Origin: a virus
IMG/VR virus record: IMGVR_UViG_3300033145_000767
Location: 1 to 64,000 of that record
DNA length: 64,000 nt
Reading direction: 5' to 3' (one strand)
A model generated the notes under the pieces. That model worked only from the letters and a program-made list of their open reading frames with translations, was not told the origin of the DNA and searched no databases. Below, in pieces: positions 18,058 through 28,149 of this stretch (the stretch's first letter is position 1; each line of letters opens with the position of its first letter). The position numbers were made by a program, and so were the translations under genes.

Positions 18058-19062
18058 ATGAAACCTGTAAATAAACTTTCAGAATTTTTTAAAAACCTTT
18101 GGGGTACAGTAGAGGAGGAGGAAGAACCAACAGTTGAAATAATTGTTCCTACTCATACGACTAAGCCCCTAAGAAAATTTATATTTAGACCAAGGAATCT
18201 ATCTGAATATATAGGTCAGGAAAAAGCTAAGGCTTTGATAAGACTTAATATAAAAAAGATATGTAACATAAAGCCTGTCCATATACTTATAAATGGTAAT
18301 GCTGGGCATGGAAAGACTACTCTTGCCTATGTTATAGTAAATGAATTAAGGTCTAAAATGTACTCAGTTATAGGAAGTAATTTTACAAGGGAAGCTTTGT
18401 TAGATTTTATAAAAGCTAATGAACAGGACTTATATAACTTACACATACTTTTTATAGATGAAATCCACTCTATGTCTAAAGATATGGCAGAAGTATTATA
18501 TCCTATATTAGAAGATTTTAGGCAAGCAGATGTGGATTTAAAACCTTTTGTTATGATTGGAGCAACAACTGAAAAAGCAACTTTAATTAAAAGATTCCAC
18601 CCATTAGTAGATAGGTGTGGATGTCAGATTCATTTAGAATCCTATACTAATTTAGATATTGAAAAAGTATTATCACAATATAGTCAACAGTTATATGAGG
18701 AATATCTAGTACCCATAGATATTATTAAAATATTATCTGCTAGTAGTAAGAATGTTCCTAGAATAGCTATCGCTATGTTAGATGATTACATTGTATGTAA
18801 GGATATAGATATGGTTTTATCAGCACATAGAATGGTTAAGGGAAGTTTAAATGAAATTGATATACAGATATTACTATGTCTAAGAACAAATGGAAAACCT
18901 ATGGGGCAGAAAAATATTTCTACCAAAGTAGGGATAGACCAAGTAGACTATGTATATATGTATGAGCCCTTCCTAATAAAGGAAGACTATATAAATGTAA
19001 CCACAAGGGGCAGGGAGATTACACCTAAAGGCACAGCTGTCCTACAAGAGATAGGGGTTTAA
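18058..19062 (+). CDS. ruvB: Holliday junction branch-migration helicase RuvB-like AAA+ ATPase
   Basis: RPRNLSEYIGQE, GNAGHGKTT, LFIDEIH, MIGATT, C-terminal wHTH YEPFLI...TTRGR. Confidence 0.9.
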   Translation: MKPVNKLSEFFKNLWGTVEEEEEPTVEIIVPTHTTKPLRKFIFRPRNLSEYIGQEKAKALIRLNIKKICNIKPVHILINGNAGHGKTTLAYVIVNELRSKMYSVIGSNFTREALLDFIKANEQDLYNLHILFIDEIHSMSKDMAEVLYPILEDFRQADVDLKPFVMIGATTEKATLIKRFHPLVDRCGCQIHLESYTNLDIEKVLSQYSQQLYEEYLVPIDIIKILSASSKNVPRIAIAMLDDYIVCKDIDMVLSAHRMVKGSLNEIDIQILLCLRTNGKPMGQKNISTKVGIDQVDYVYMYEPFLIKEDYINVTTRGREITPKGTAVLQEIGV

Positions 19063-19063
19063 A

Positions 19064-19345
19064 ATGAAAAGTAATCAGCCTTCTGCAAGAGGAAAACCAA
19101 CTGTAATAAGGGCAGGAATACCTGAATTACCTAAACAACCCCCATTGAGAGAAATAGATTGTACACCTTTTCCTACTATAGCAGAGTTAAAGGATTTTAT
19201 TGCTTTAGGTATAGCAGGAATATGTACATCATTAGTATTTGGGGCTATAGGATATTTGGTTATATTTGATGCATTTTTTAGAACACTTTTTATTGCCCTT
19301 ATATTTGGGGGAACTTTTGTTTGGTCTTTAACAAAACTTAGATAA
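19064..19345 (+). CDS. Membrane protein (2 TM)
   Basis: C-terminal hydrophobic helices. Confidence 0.6.
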   Translation: MKSNQPSARGKPTVIRAGIPELPKQPPLREIDCTPFPTIAELKDFIALGIAGICTSLVFGAIGYLVIFDAFFRTLFIALIFGGTFVWSLTKLR

Positions 19346-19474
19346 GGAATAATATGACTAAAAATGAATTACTAGCTAATTTAATTATACAATACTTTGA
19401 AGTAGAATCCGCAGTAGCATGGGATTTTGTAACAGAGTATATGATAAAAGAGTATGAATTAAAAGAGGGGAAAG

Positions 19475-19786
19475 ATGATGTCAAGGAGTAGACTAGCTCG
19501 TTGCAGGAGGCATTTTAGATATAGAATATCTATAAGGTTTCATATTAAAAGGAAAATAGTTCTAAACCTAGAAATGATTTTAATGAGAAAGCTTTTCCTA
19601 GGTAAACTTATTATTGTGAAAGAAAACAAGCGTTCCTTAATGATATGGTATCCTGACTTGCATGAAAAATGTATACTAATTTTTGATAAAAAAAGGAATG
19701 TGTTTCTAACAGGGTATGTTGGAAATAGAAGTTACCTTGTTAAACATAAGGTATTAAAGCAGGGTGTATGTATACCTGCCTGTTAA
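19475..19786 (+). CDS. Basic hypothetical protein
   Basis: ORF with GAGGGG RBS. Confidence 0.6.
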   Translation: MMSRSRLARCRRHFRYRISIRFHIKRKIVLNLEMILMRKLFLGKLIIVKENKRSLMIWYPDLHEKCILIFDKKRNVFLTGYVGNRSYLVKHKVLKQGVCIPAC

Positions 19787-19921
19787 AAGTGCCTTAAAAC
19801 AGGCTATAGGGGGCTTTTAGGGGCATTTTTAAGGGGGTAAAACAGGCTTATATTGCACATGCAAAGGAATGAAAAGGGGTAATACATATATGGAAAATCA
19901 GCAAATACTTGGAGGAAGATA

Positions 19922-20758
19922 ATGAATAATATTGAGGTATTATCTGACTATTGCAATTATTTAACTGTAATGAAAAGCTCCAAGGTATATTATAACTCAC
20001 TTAAAGTATTTTTTAATGAATACCTAATACCAAAAGGTGTTTTTATTGGGGATGTTACTCGGGATAATATAACTGAATACCTTGCAGAAAAAAACTATGC
20101 CTCTAATTCCTTTAATACTTTTATAAAAGCAGGTAGACATTTGTTTAAGAATTACTTAGAGGTGGAAAAAAGTGTGTTCAGTAATATAAAACTTTTAAAA
20201 GTAGAAAGAAAGATACCTGACTATATAACAAAGGAAGAATTAAAACAAGGTGTAAAGTATGCTTTAGTTACTATGGAAAGATACAGTACCAAAAAGATTA
20301 TAGCTGTATTATATTTCATGTTTTATTCAGGTCTTAGAAAAGGAGAGATATTAAACTTAGTTAGAAATGATTTCTCTTTGGAGAAAAGACCTATAGAGGT
20401 TAAAGTAAGAATCCCTACAAAAGGTAAACGAGAAAGAATAGTTTATCTTCCACCCAAGTTAAGGGTAATGCTATATAGATACTTTAATTCAGAGGAAGAA
20501 AAGAATAATGCTTTTAACCTATGCACATCAGGGCTGGATTATTTAGTAAGAATTTTTGCAGATGCAGTCCCAGATAAGAAAATCTCTGCCCATACATTTA
20601 GACATTCATATGCTAAGGATTTAATAAAAGGAGATATAGATGTAACAATAGTATCAAAGCTCCTTGGGCATAAAAATATAGAAACCACTTTAATATATGT
20701 AGACCCAGACGAGGATATGGTAAGGAAAATTTATAAGGATAAAAACATAGGGAGATAA
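19922..20758 (+). CDS. Tyrosine recombinase (XerC/D-like)
   Basis: SGLRKGE, HTFRH, LLGH, TTLIY catalytic residues. Confidence 0.92.
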   Translation: MNNIEVLSDYCNYLTVMKSSKVYYNSLKVFFNEYLIPKGVFIGDVTRDNITEYLAEKNYASNSFNTFIKAGRHLFKNYLEVEKSVFSNIKLLKVERKIPDYITKEELKQGVKYALVTMERYSTKKIIAVLYFMFYSGLRKGEILNLVRNDFSLEKRPIEVKVRIPTKGKRERIVYLPPKLRVMLYRYFNSEEEKNNAFNLCTSGLDYLVRIFADAVPDKKISAHTFRHSYAKDLIKGDIDVTIVSKLLGHKNIETTLIYVDPDEDMVRKIYKDKNIGR

Positions 20759-20923
20759 TTATGAAGTTATACATTTTTGATATAATACTTTATTTTGCAT
20801 GGTGTATTTTTGTTTGTGCTGTATTAAATTTTTTAGGTTTTACAGGAAATTTATTATTATGTTTGGAATATTGGTTCTCTTGCTGGGTTGTTTGGGGGTT
20901 ACTATGTTTAACAGGGGGATAAT

Positions 20924-21259
20924 ATGAAAAGGTCTAATTGGTGTACTTGTGAAGATACTATGGATGAATTTGGTGGGTGTGTACCTAATGAGGAAAATAC
21001 TAAATGTATAGCTTGTGGAAAAAGAATTTCTAAAAGTCAACTAGAAAAGTTTAAAAAACGAATGTTATTTGAAAGTGGTTGGGATATAGAATTTGAAACT
21101 CAACTTAAAGAATATTGGGACTATGAAGGGTATGGTGGTTTTGGTTTTGATGAAGATACTACTGATGAAAATATGGGTAGTATTATTGAAAAATATATTG
21201 GAGAAAATAAAGTAAAACTTAATTGTAAGGATGGTTTAATACAGATAGAAAGGATATAA
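20924..21259 (+). CDS. Hypothetical protein, paralogue of 49554-49829
   Basis: Shared C-terminus EK.IGE.....CK.G.IQIERI. Confidence 0.65.
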   Translation: MKRSNWCTCEDTMDEFGGCVPNEENTKCIACGKRISKSQLEKFKKRMLFESGWDIEFETQLKEYWDYEGYGGFGFDEDTTDENMGSIIEKYIGENKVKLNCKDGLIQIERI

Positions 21260-21813
21260 TGAAGCTATTACTTATTGCATTACTATATGGTTTAATATGG
21301 GCATGGAGGGGTTGGGATAAGCCTAAGTTTATTCATGGGTACTTTAGGGCTTTTATTACCTCATTTGTTCTAATAGGTACTTACTATGGGTATACAGGGG
21401 GTACTATCTTTTGCCCTAATGGTATACTTGCTTTGGTAACTCTTACCTTAATTGAAAGTCTTTTAGGGTATGGGGAAACATGTGAAGTAATAGACATAAA
21501 TAAGGGTTCTTTCCTTAAATCTAAGGAAGACTATACATACTTAGGGCTTGTGTCTTACTTCTACTATATGCTTCCATTGTTTTTAATATCCAATCAAGTA
21601 TTTAATCTAACCATAATTAGTGGTACACAATTAGTAATTAGCTTTCTTGCTTTTCCAGTATTTAAGTATTTACAGGTAAAAGTAACTAAATTCTTTAAAG
21701 AAGAAGAATTTATATTTATCTTTGATACAGAGATACGCTTAGATACTATAGATACTTGGAAGTTATGTGTAGAATTTCCTATAGGTATGTTGTTTATACT
21801 ATGGTATGTGTAA
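21259..21813 (+). CDS. Multi-pass membrane protein
   Basis: About 5 hydrophobic segments. Confidence 0.7.
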   Translation: MKLLLIALLYGLIWAWRGWDKPKFIHGYFRAFITSFVLIGTYYGYTGGTIFCPNGILALVTLTLIESLLGYGETCEVIDINKGSFLKSKEDYTYLGLVSYFYYMLPLFLISNQVFNLTIISGTQLVISFLAFPVFKYLQVKVTKFFKEEEFIFIFDTEIRLDTIDTWKLCVEFPIGMLFILWYV

Positions 21814-21961
21814 AGGGGATAAAAATGAAAACTTATACTATAAAATTTACAAGAGTAGTACAGGTTAAAGCTAATAGTGTAGGACAAGCCGAAGAACATT
21901 TTTATAATAAAGGTTATTTAAAAGAATTAGTCAAGGAAGAAGTTGAAATCAAGGAGGTAAA

Positions 21962-22567
21962 ATGATTGATAAATTAGCAGTCCAATATAAAAAGACAGGT
22001 TATTTATCCGTAAGGGATGCTTTATTTAATAAGCTACTTCCTACTATTAAAGAAAAAGCTAAGTATGTATATTGGTATAAATCCTATAAGCTATATGACA
22101 AAGTATGTAAGGTTAAACATCTATATAGTATAACACAGGAAGATATATTTCAAGAATTATGCTTAGATGTACTAACTTGGATAGAAAACTTTAATAGTAA
22201 TGGTTCTTTTAGTACATATGTATTCTCTTGCCTTTGGAATTGGAGACCTAAGATTATAAATAAAGAAACCTATATGAATTTAAAATCCATTAAGTGCATG
22301 AGTTTAACATCAGAACAAAAAGAAAATTTTATGGATAGCCTATCAAAAGAGATTAAATTTGATATAAGAATAGGGGTTAATACTTTATTAGATTCCGTTA
22401 AAGGCTCTAATGAAAAAGCAGTATTAAAACTTCTATATATTAATCCAGACATACCAAAAAAAGATATAGCTAAAATCTTAGGGGTGTCAAGTGGTAGGGT
22501 TACACAGATATTCTCTAACCTCAAGAAGAACAAGGGGTTATATGAATTTATAAAAAAGGATTTATAA
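21962..22567 (+). CDS. Phage sigma70-family (group 3/4-like) sigma factor
   Basis: Region 2 (RDALFNKLLP...QEDIFQE...FSTYV) and region 4 HTH (DIAKILGVSSGRVTQI). Confidence 0.8.
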   Translation: MIDKLAVQYKKTGYLSVRDALFNKLLPTIKEKAKYVYWYKSYKLYDKVCKVKHLYSITQEDIFQELCLDVLTWIENFNSNGSFSTYVFSCLWNWRPKIINKETYMNLKSIKCMSLTSEQKENFMDSLSKEIKFDIRIGVNTLLDSVKGSNEKAVLKLLYINPDIPKKDIAKILGVSSGRVTQIFSNLKKNKGLYEFIKKDL

Positions 22568-22582
22568 TTTTATTTGTAGAAT

Positions 22583-22603
22583 TTTCATTTAGTGTGTTAT
22601 AAT
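22583..22603 (+). promoter_or_regulatory. Phage promoter class TTTCAT-N6-TGnTATAAT
   Basis: Conserved motif followed by TGTATTAGAGGGG, as at 17809. Confidence 0.65.
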
Positions 22604-22622
22604 TGTATTAGAGGGGGTATGT

Positions 22623-22829
22623 ATGAAAGAAGTCTTAGTTAAAATTAGAAAACCAACTACTAAGGAAGGGGAAAGCAATGATTTAGAAAAGTTCTTTGGT
22701 ATGTATAGAAAGCCTATAAGAAGATGGGTTTATGCTGTAGAATTTCCAGGTGGTAGGGTACATTATACTGCTAATGATAGTATTAGAACATTTATTGAAG
22801 AATATAAACAAAGAAATAATTTAATATAA
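22623..22829 (+). CDS. Hypothetical protein
   Basis: First ORF after the promoter. Confidence 0.6.
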   Translation: MKEVLVKIRKPTTKEGESNDLEKFFGMYRKPIRRWVYAVEFPGGRVHYTANDSIRTFIEEYKQRNNLI

Positions 22830-22841
22830 CAAGGAGGAAGT

Positions 22842-23873
22842 ATGGCGAAGAATAAAAGTAAATGGCAAGAAAGATTACCACAGTTAAAGATATTAGCTGA
22901 CTATGGGATGACACCTATAGAAATAGCTAAAGTCTTTGATGAAAGTCCTGCAGGGGCAGAAAGAGCCCTGCAGAGATATGGTATAAAGAGGAAGAAAAAG
23001 AAAGCCTCAGTTAATATATACGAAAAGCTATCGCAAAAAGAGATAGATAAGTTAAGGGCTTCCTTGGCTTTAGATTTTAAAATAAAAACTACTAATCTAA
23101 AAAAGAGTAGGAAGAAGAATAGCTTTAAAACTATAATTGCTTGTGCAGACCACCATGTACCTTATCAAAATGTTCCTGCCAATAGAGCTATGCTGTATTT
23201 GATGGAAGACATTAAGCCAGATGGGTTGTATATAATAGGTGATTATGTTGATATGGAACCTATATCTCATTGGTTGCAGGATAAAGGTAAGCGTAGAACA
23301 CTAGAAAATAAACGCATGCAGCAGGATTATATAGTAGGTAATTCTTTGTTAGACGAATATGATAAGAGATTACCTAAAGGAGCAGACAAAAGGTTTTGGT
23401 ACGGCAACCATGAAAGGTTTTACTATGACCTTATTGAGAAAATTCCTGCATTAGAAAATATGCTTAACCCTACTATAGAATTAAAATTAAGGGAAAGAGG
23501 GTATACAGTATATGAGGATATTAACCATATAGAAAGAGTGGGAAGACTAAGCATATGTCATGGTATGTATGCAGGAGTTAACTATGTAAAGAAACACATT
23601 GATGAATTTAAAACTAATGTATTATTTGGGCATCTTCATTCCCCAAGAATGAGGTTAGCATGTAGTCCTGCAAGAGAAATTGCTATAGCAGGTTACTGTC
23701 TAGGTACTATGGGCGATTTGAACCCTCAGTTCATGCAGAACAGACCTAATAAGTGGCAACATGGCTTTGCTGTGGTACACTTTTTTGATAACGGTTACTT
23801 TGATGTGCAGATGATTAGATTAGTAAAGGGTAGATTTGTTTTTAATGACAAACTTTATGACGGGAATGTATAA
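22842..23873 (+). CDS. Calcineurin-like metallophosphoesterase with N-terminal HTH
   Basis: ADHH, GDYVD, GNHE, CHG, GHLH. Confidence 0.85.
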   Translation: MAKNKSKWQERLPQLKILADYGMTPIEIAKVFDESPAGAERALQRYGIKRKKKKASVNIYEKLSQKEIDKLRASLALDFKIKTTNLKKSRKKNSFKTIIACADHHVPYQNVPANRAMLYLMEDIKPDGLYIIGDYVDMEPISHWLQDKGKRRTLENKRMQQDYIVGNSLLDEYDKRLPKGADKRFWYGNHERFYYDLIEKIPALENMLNPTIELKLRERGYTVYEDINHIERVGRLSICHGMYAGVNYVKKHIDEFKTNVLFGHLHSPRMRLACSPAREIAIAGYCLGTMGDLNPQFMQNRPNKWQHGFAVVHFFDNGYFDVQMIRLVKGRFVFNDKLYDGNV

Positions 23874-23882
23874 GGAGGAAGT

Positions 23883-24578
23883 ATGTTAAGTCAACTATTT
23901 AATTTAGCAAAGCTAAGCGGTAAAAGAGAAATAAAAGAGGTAGTAGTTAAACCTACTAAGGATAGTTTAAGTGTTTTAGCTACATCCCCAGATGAAAGCA
24001 TAGCAGTAAACTTACTTATTAAAAGTAATGATTTAGGGATTACAGCTCAGATAGGGCTTACAAACATAGTTAGTATACAAAAATATATAGCCCTGTTTGG
24101 GGAAGAGCCTAAGATTGTTGTAAAAGATAATAGGCTAATTTTAAGTAAAGGTAGAAAAAGAATTTCTTCCTTACTTAAAGAGGCAGAATATGTAACATCT
24201 AAGATAGGGAAGGACAAGTATGACACTATAAGAAAACTTGTTGAAGACGGGGAAGAAGTACAGATTTCATCCGATGATGTAAAGAAAATAAAAGATTATC
24301 TTAATGCAACAGGTGTGGAAGCCTTTAAACTAACAGTAGAGGGTAAAGAAATCTTAGTTGAAGTAGGGGGTGCAAATACAGATACTATAACTGATGTTAT
24401 AGATATCCCAAATAAGGTTGCAAATAAGGTATCAGTTGTTTTAGGGCAGGCTTTTATTGATGCCACTACAAATCTAAGTGGTACTATAACCTTAGTATTA
24501 AAAAATGATTCGCCTGTGTTAGTTAAAGCTGAGGCAACTACATATAAATATGAGGCTCTAGTAGCTTTATTCGGTTAA
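23883..24578 (+). CDS. DNA sliding clamp (PCNA/T4 gp45-like)
   Basis: 231 aa, two beta-alpha repeats, C-terminal DSPVLV...Y.ALVA pattern; directly upstream of the clamp loader. Confidence 0.7.
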   Translation: MLSQLFNLAKLSGKREIKEVVVKPTKDSLSVLATSPDESIAVNLLIKSNDLGITAQIGLTNIVSIQKYIALFGEEPKIVVKDNRLILSKGRKRISSLLKEAEYVTSKIGKDKYDTIRKLVEDGEEVQISSDDVKKIKDYLNATGVEAFKLTVEGKEILVEVGGANTDTITDVIDIPNKVANKVSVVLGQAFIDATTNLSGTITLVLKNDSPVLVKAEATTYKYEALVALFG

Positions 24579-24583
24579 ATAAC

Positions 24584-24699
24584 AAGGGCTTGGCGTAGGA
24601 TAATGGTTCAAACTCTTCCAGCTAAATAGGATAGATGCATGGTGAAAGTCCAAACCCATGATTGCTTGAAAGCGTTAGGGGCTATCCCGCAAAGCCTTT
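24584..24699 (+). ncRNA. Candidate structured RNA between clamp and clamp loader
   Basis: Closing helix AAGGGCTT-GCG-GGATA/TATCC-CGC-AAGCCTTT; internal CATGG-TGAAAGTCCAAAC-CCATG and GCT-TGAA-AGC hairpins. Confidence 0.5.
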
Positions 24700-24720
24700 C
24701 ATTTATATATAAGGAGAAAC

Positions 24721-25632
24721 ATGATTAAGTTACCATTTGTAGAAAAATATAGAGCAAAAAACCTAGATGAAATAGTACTGGATGAAAATAGCAAGGAGTT
24801 AATATTTAATGCTATTTCAGAGGGTAATATGCCTAATCTATTCTTTCATAGCTATTCAGCAGGTACAGGTAAGACCTCTATGGCTAAGATAATAATAGCT
24901 ACAATAGGCTGTGATAAGCTTACACTTAACGCCTCAGATGAAAGGGGTATAGACACTATAAGAGAAAAAGTAAGTGGGTTTTGTAAAACAATGTCAATGA
25001 TAAAGGACATAAAGAAGTGTGTGTTCCTTGATGAAGCAGATTACTTAACATCACAGGCACAAGCTAGTTTAAGAAACCTGATGGAAGAAGTTAGCAGTAA
25101 TGCTTTCTTTATTCTTACAGCTAATTATGAAGAAAAAATTATAGCGCCTTTAAGGAGTAGGTGTATATCAATAAACTTTAATACCCCTCCAAGGCATGCA
25201 ATAGGGCAAAGGCTTATAGAAATTGTTAATAAAGAAAAGTTAGATGTGGAAGTTGAAGTTTTAGACGATATGATAGATTATTTCTACCCAGATATTAGAA
25301 GTATGGTATCTTCTCTACAAGCAATAAAGCTAGGGGCGAACTATGAAGATATGTTTAAGCAATATAAGGTCTTTAAAGAGGTACTAACAGAGATTTCACG
25401 GGGTAAATATGATAGGGTAAGGCAAAGAATTATAAATGAACAGATAGATGTTAAGCGTTTTATAAAATGGTTGTTTGAAAAAACTGTTGATTTGAATTTG
25501 CCTTTTAATAAGGTTGGAGAATTATGTTTAATTCTATCAGACATAGAGAAATATATTTCTAATGGAGTAACACCAAAGATTATATTCCTAGCTAATATAG
25601 TGAGGTTAAATAAATGTTTGACTATCAATTAG
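24721..25632 (+). CDS. Clamp loader ATPase subunit (RFC-small/T4 gp44-like)
   Basis: FVEKYR, AGTGKTS, LNASDERGID, FLDEAD, LRSRC. Confidence 0.92.
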   Translation: MIKLPFVEKYRAKNLDEIVLDENSKELIFNAISEGNMPNLFFHSYSAGTGKTSMAKIIIATIGCDKLTLNASDERGIDTIREKVSGFCKTMSMIKDIKKCVFLDEADYLTSQAQASLRNLMEEVSSNAFFILTANYEEKIIAPLRSRCISINFNTPPRHAIGQRLIEIVNKEKLDVEVEVLDDMIDYFYPDIRSMVSSLQAIKLGANYEDMFKQYKVFKEVLTEISRGKYDRVRQRIINEQIDVKRFIKWLFEKTVDLNLPFNKVGELCLILSDIEKYISNGVTPKIIFLANIVRLNKCLTIN

Positions 25633-26006
25633 TTGCAAACTTATTTTTAAAGAAAGGTATAAAAAAGTATGTTAGAAATAATAGCATTTCTATTGGGGGC
25701 ATTATTGTCTGTATTAGCATCCTTAATAACCATTACATTTATGATATTTATGTCCGTAATGCAATTAGTATGCTCTTTACTGTTAAACCCTTACATACTT
25801 ATATTTATCTTTATTACAATATTCCTAAAAGAAATAGTATGCCACATACAAGGAAGATAATAAAGTTTAAAACGGAGTTATGCCCTGAATATGAGGCTTT
25901 AGGGAGAGCATTTGGTTGGTCTACAAGGACGACATTCAGAAATAAACTATTATTAGATAGATTGTATAATAAAGAGGGCTTAAAAAGAGAGTTAGGGATA
26001 AAATGA
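25614..26006 (+). CDS. Probable clamp loader second subunit (gp62-like)
   Basis: Position after gp44-like gene; YLYYNIPK and FGWS.R patterns. Confidence 0.5.
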   Translation: MFDYQLVANLFLKKGIKKYVRNNSISIGGIIVCISILNNHYIYDIYVRNAISMLFTVKPLHTYIYLYYNIPKRNSMPHTRKIIKFKTELCPEYEALGRAFGWSTRTTFRNKLLLDRLYNKEGLKRELGIK

Positions 26007-26366
26007 GACAGTTAAAACTTTTAACCTGTGGTATAATTAAAATATTTCTATTTTTAGTGTGCATTATACCTGTAATTGTTATATTAATTATACAGGTTAT
26101 AGGTGGGGCAGATGATTGTGAAACTCTAGCTGATTTTTATTGGGATAAAATAGATGATTTGCAAAATATATTGACAAAGGAGTAATATGAAATATTTTTT
26201 CAAAGGTATTTTAAATATGGCAGTTATAGTAGTGTCTTCCCCCTTATGGGTTATATTTGCAGTAGTATCCTGCATACAGCTAGTTGGGGATTGCCCTGTA
26301 GAGGAAAGTGCATTTGTAAAGTTTACTAATTTTGCAGACAAATTAATGAAAGTATAAGAGGTTAAT

Positions 26367-26714
26367 ATGAAACTAGGTAAATTTCTTCCAGAAGAAGATA
26401 GATTAGGTAGCCAATATGAAACTTTCTTAAAACTTAAAAAGAAGTTTGAAAAGGAAGGTATCCCAGAGAATATAGCAACATACAAAGCAAGTTATGTGCT
26501 AGAGCCTAAGAAGTTAAAGAAGATTAAAATGCTTGCTAGTAAGAAGGGCGAGAGCAAGTCAAGGGTTATATCTTTCTTCTTTGATAGTGATGAAGATATA
26601 GCTTTAGTAAGTAAATACTTTAATGTATCAGTACTAAACAATAGAGAGCCACAAGTAGGGCACTCAGACCTATTAATAGCTATATTAAAGGAATTAGATA
26701 AGTATGGTAAATAA
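26367..26714 (+). CDS. Hypothetical protein
   Basis: GAGG RBS, 115 aa. Confidence 0.65.
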   Translation: MKLGKFLPEEDRLGSQYETFLKLKKKFEKEGIPENIATYKASYVLEPKKLKKIKMLASKKGESKSRVISFFFDSDEDIALVSKYFNVSVLNNREPQVGHSDLLIAILKELDKYGK

Positions 26715-27282
26715 ACTTTGCACTAAATGTAAATTAACAAAAAAGTTAAATGAATTTCCACCGCATAGAAAATATAAAAGTGGAAGAAATTCTTGGTGTA
26801 GAAAATGTAAAAATCAATATATGAGGGCATTTAGAAAAAATTATCCTTGGCTTTGTTCTTATAAATCTGCAAAGAATAGGTGCAATAACAAAAATTGTAA
26901 TGATTATAAAGATTACGGTGGTAGAGGTATTAGATTTTTATTGACCAAGGAACAGATAAAGAAACTTTGGTATAGAGATAAGGGTTATAAACTAACACAG
27001 CATAGTATAGACCGTATAGATAATGATGGAGACTATACATTTAATAATTGTAGGTTTATAGAATTAAGTGAAAATTCAATAAAACAAGAACATAATAAAA
27101 AAGAAAAAGAGGTATATCAATACAGTTTGCAAGGAAAATCCCTTAACAAATGGAAGAGTATGTCAGAAATCTCTAATAAATTAAATTACGATATTAGTGG
27201 TATATCTAAGGCTTGTTCAGGAAAACAAAAAACATCTTATGGGTTTATATGGAAACTTAAAGAAATGGAGAAATTAAAATGA
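26704..27282 (+). CDS. HNH-type homing endonuclease with NUMOD1 HTH
   Basis: YGGRGI, SIDRIDNDGDY..NCRF, C-terminal KTSYGFIWK. Confidence 0.85.
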   Translation: MVNKLCTKCKLTKKLNEFPPHRKYKSGRNSWCRKCKNQYMRAFRKNYPWLCSYKSAKNRCNNKNCNDYKDYGGRGIRFLLTKEQIKKLWYRDKGYKLTQHSIDRIDNDGDYTFNNCRFIELSENSIKQEHNKKEKEVYQYSLQGKSLNKWKSMSEISNKLNYDISGISKACSGKQKTSYGFIWKLKEMEKLK

Positions 27283-27576
27283 AAAAACTAATTACAAAAA
27301 AATTAAAAAATATTGAATTTGAATATAATGAGGATGATACAGGGCTTGCTTTAAGAGTAACAGCGTATAATGGGCGAAGTTATTATTTGCACAAAAAAGA
27401 AGCTAAGGCTTTAGGTAAGTTTATTAATAAGGAGATAAAATGATATATAACATACTATATGTACTTATGTTGGTAGGTTTTATAGGGTGTTCTTTATACA
27501 GCCCTAGCCTTAGAATGAAAGCAATAGGGTTGCTTTTAGCACTTGTAAATGGTTTATTATTTTATAAAGGTTAGTT

Positions 27577-28149
27577 ATGATAACTAAAGAATTTTTAGTA
27601 GAACAATATATAAATCAAAAGAAGTCCACCAATTTAATAGGTAAAGAGATTGGTTCTTCTAGTGGGGATGTATATTATTATCTAAAGAAATATGGTATAA
27701 AACTTAGGGATAAAAGCACATTAATGATGGGGAATACCAATTCAAAAGATAGGGTAGTTACAGAAAAGACTAGAAAATTATTAAGCAAAATACATAAAGG
27801 AAAATCGAAATCAGAAGAGCATAAGAAAAAATGTAGCTTAGCACAGATAAAAAGATTTAAGGATAACCCTGAACATGGGGAACACCTAAGAAAAATTAGA
27901 TTAGGTATTAAAATGTCTACAGAACAAAAAGAAAAAATTTCTAAAAGTGTACTTAAAAATAATAAAGTAAAACATCATATATTTGGAAAAGAATATAATG
28001 ACCTAATAGATTTAACTAGAAGTAAACACATGAGTTTACACCATAGTGCTTACTTTTACATACTAGACAAACATGGCAAAGAAGGTATATTAGATTACCT
28101 TAATTGGTTTGATACAAAACATGGGCTAGGAGAAAATTATGGCGTGTAG
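27577..28149 (+). CDS. NUMOD3/HNH homing endonuclease
   Basis: N-terminal HTH, SEEHKKK repeats, KHH...L.RSKH..LH. Confidence 0.75.
   Translation: MITKEFLVEQYINQKKSTNLIGKEIGSSSGDVYYYLKKYGIKLRDKSTLMMGNTNSKDRVVTEKTRKLLSKIHKGKSKSEEHKKKCSLAQIKRFKDNPEHGEHLRKIRLGIKMSTEQKEKISKSVLKNNKVKHHIFGKEYNDLIDLTRSKHMSLHHSAYFYILDKHGKEGILDYLNWFDTKHGLGENYGV

Noticed and set aside
18058-19062. AAA+ protein as a sigma54 activator
   Set aside because: No GAFTGA loop; motifs are RuvB-type
25669-25860. Nested hydrophobic 63-aa ORF
   Set aside because: Out-of-frame overlap in an AT-rich gene whose main frame fits a clamp-loader subunit; no independent support
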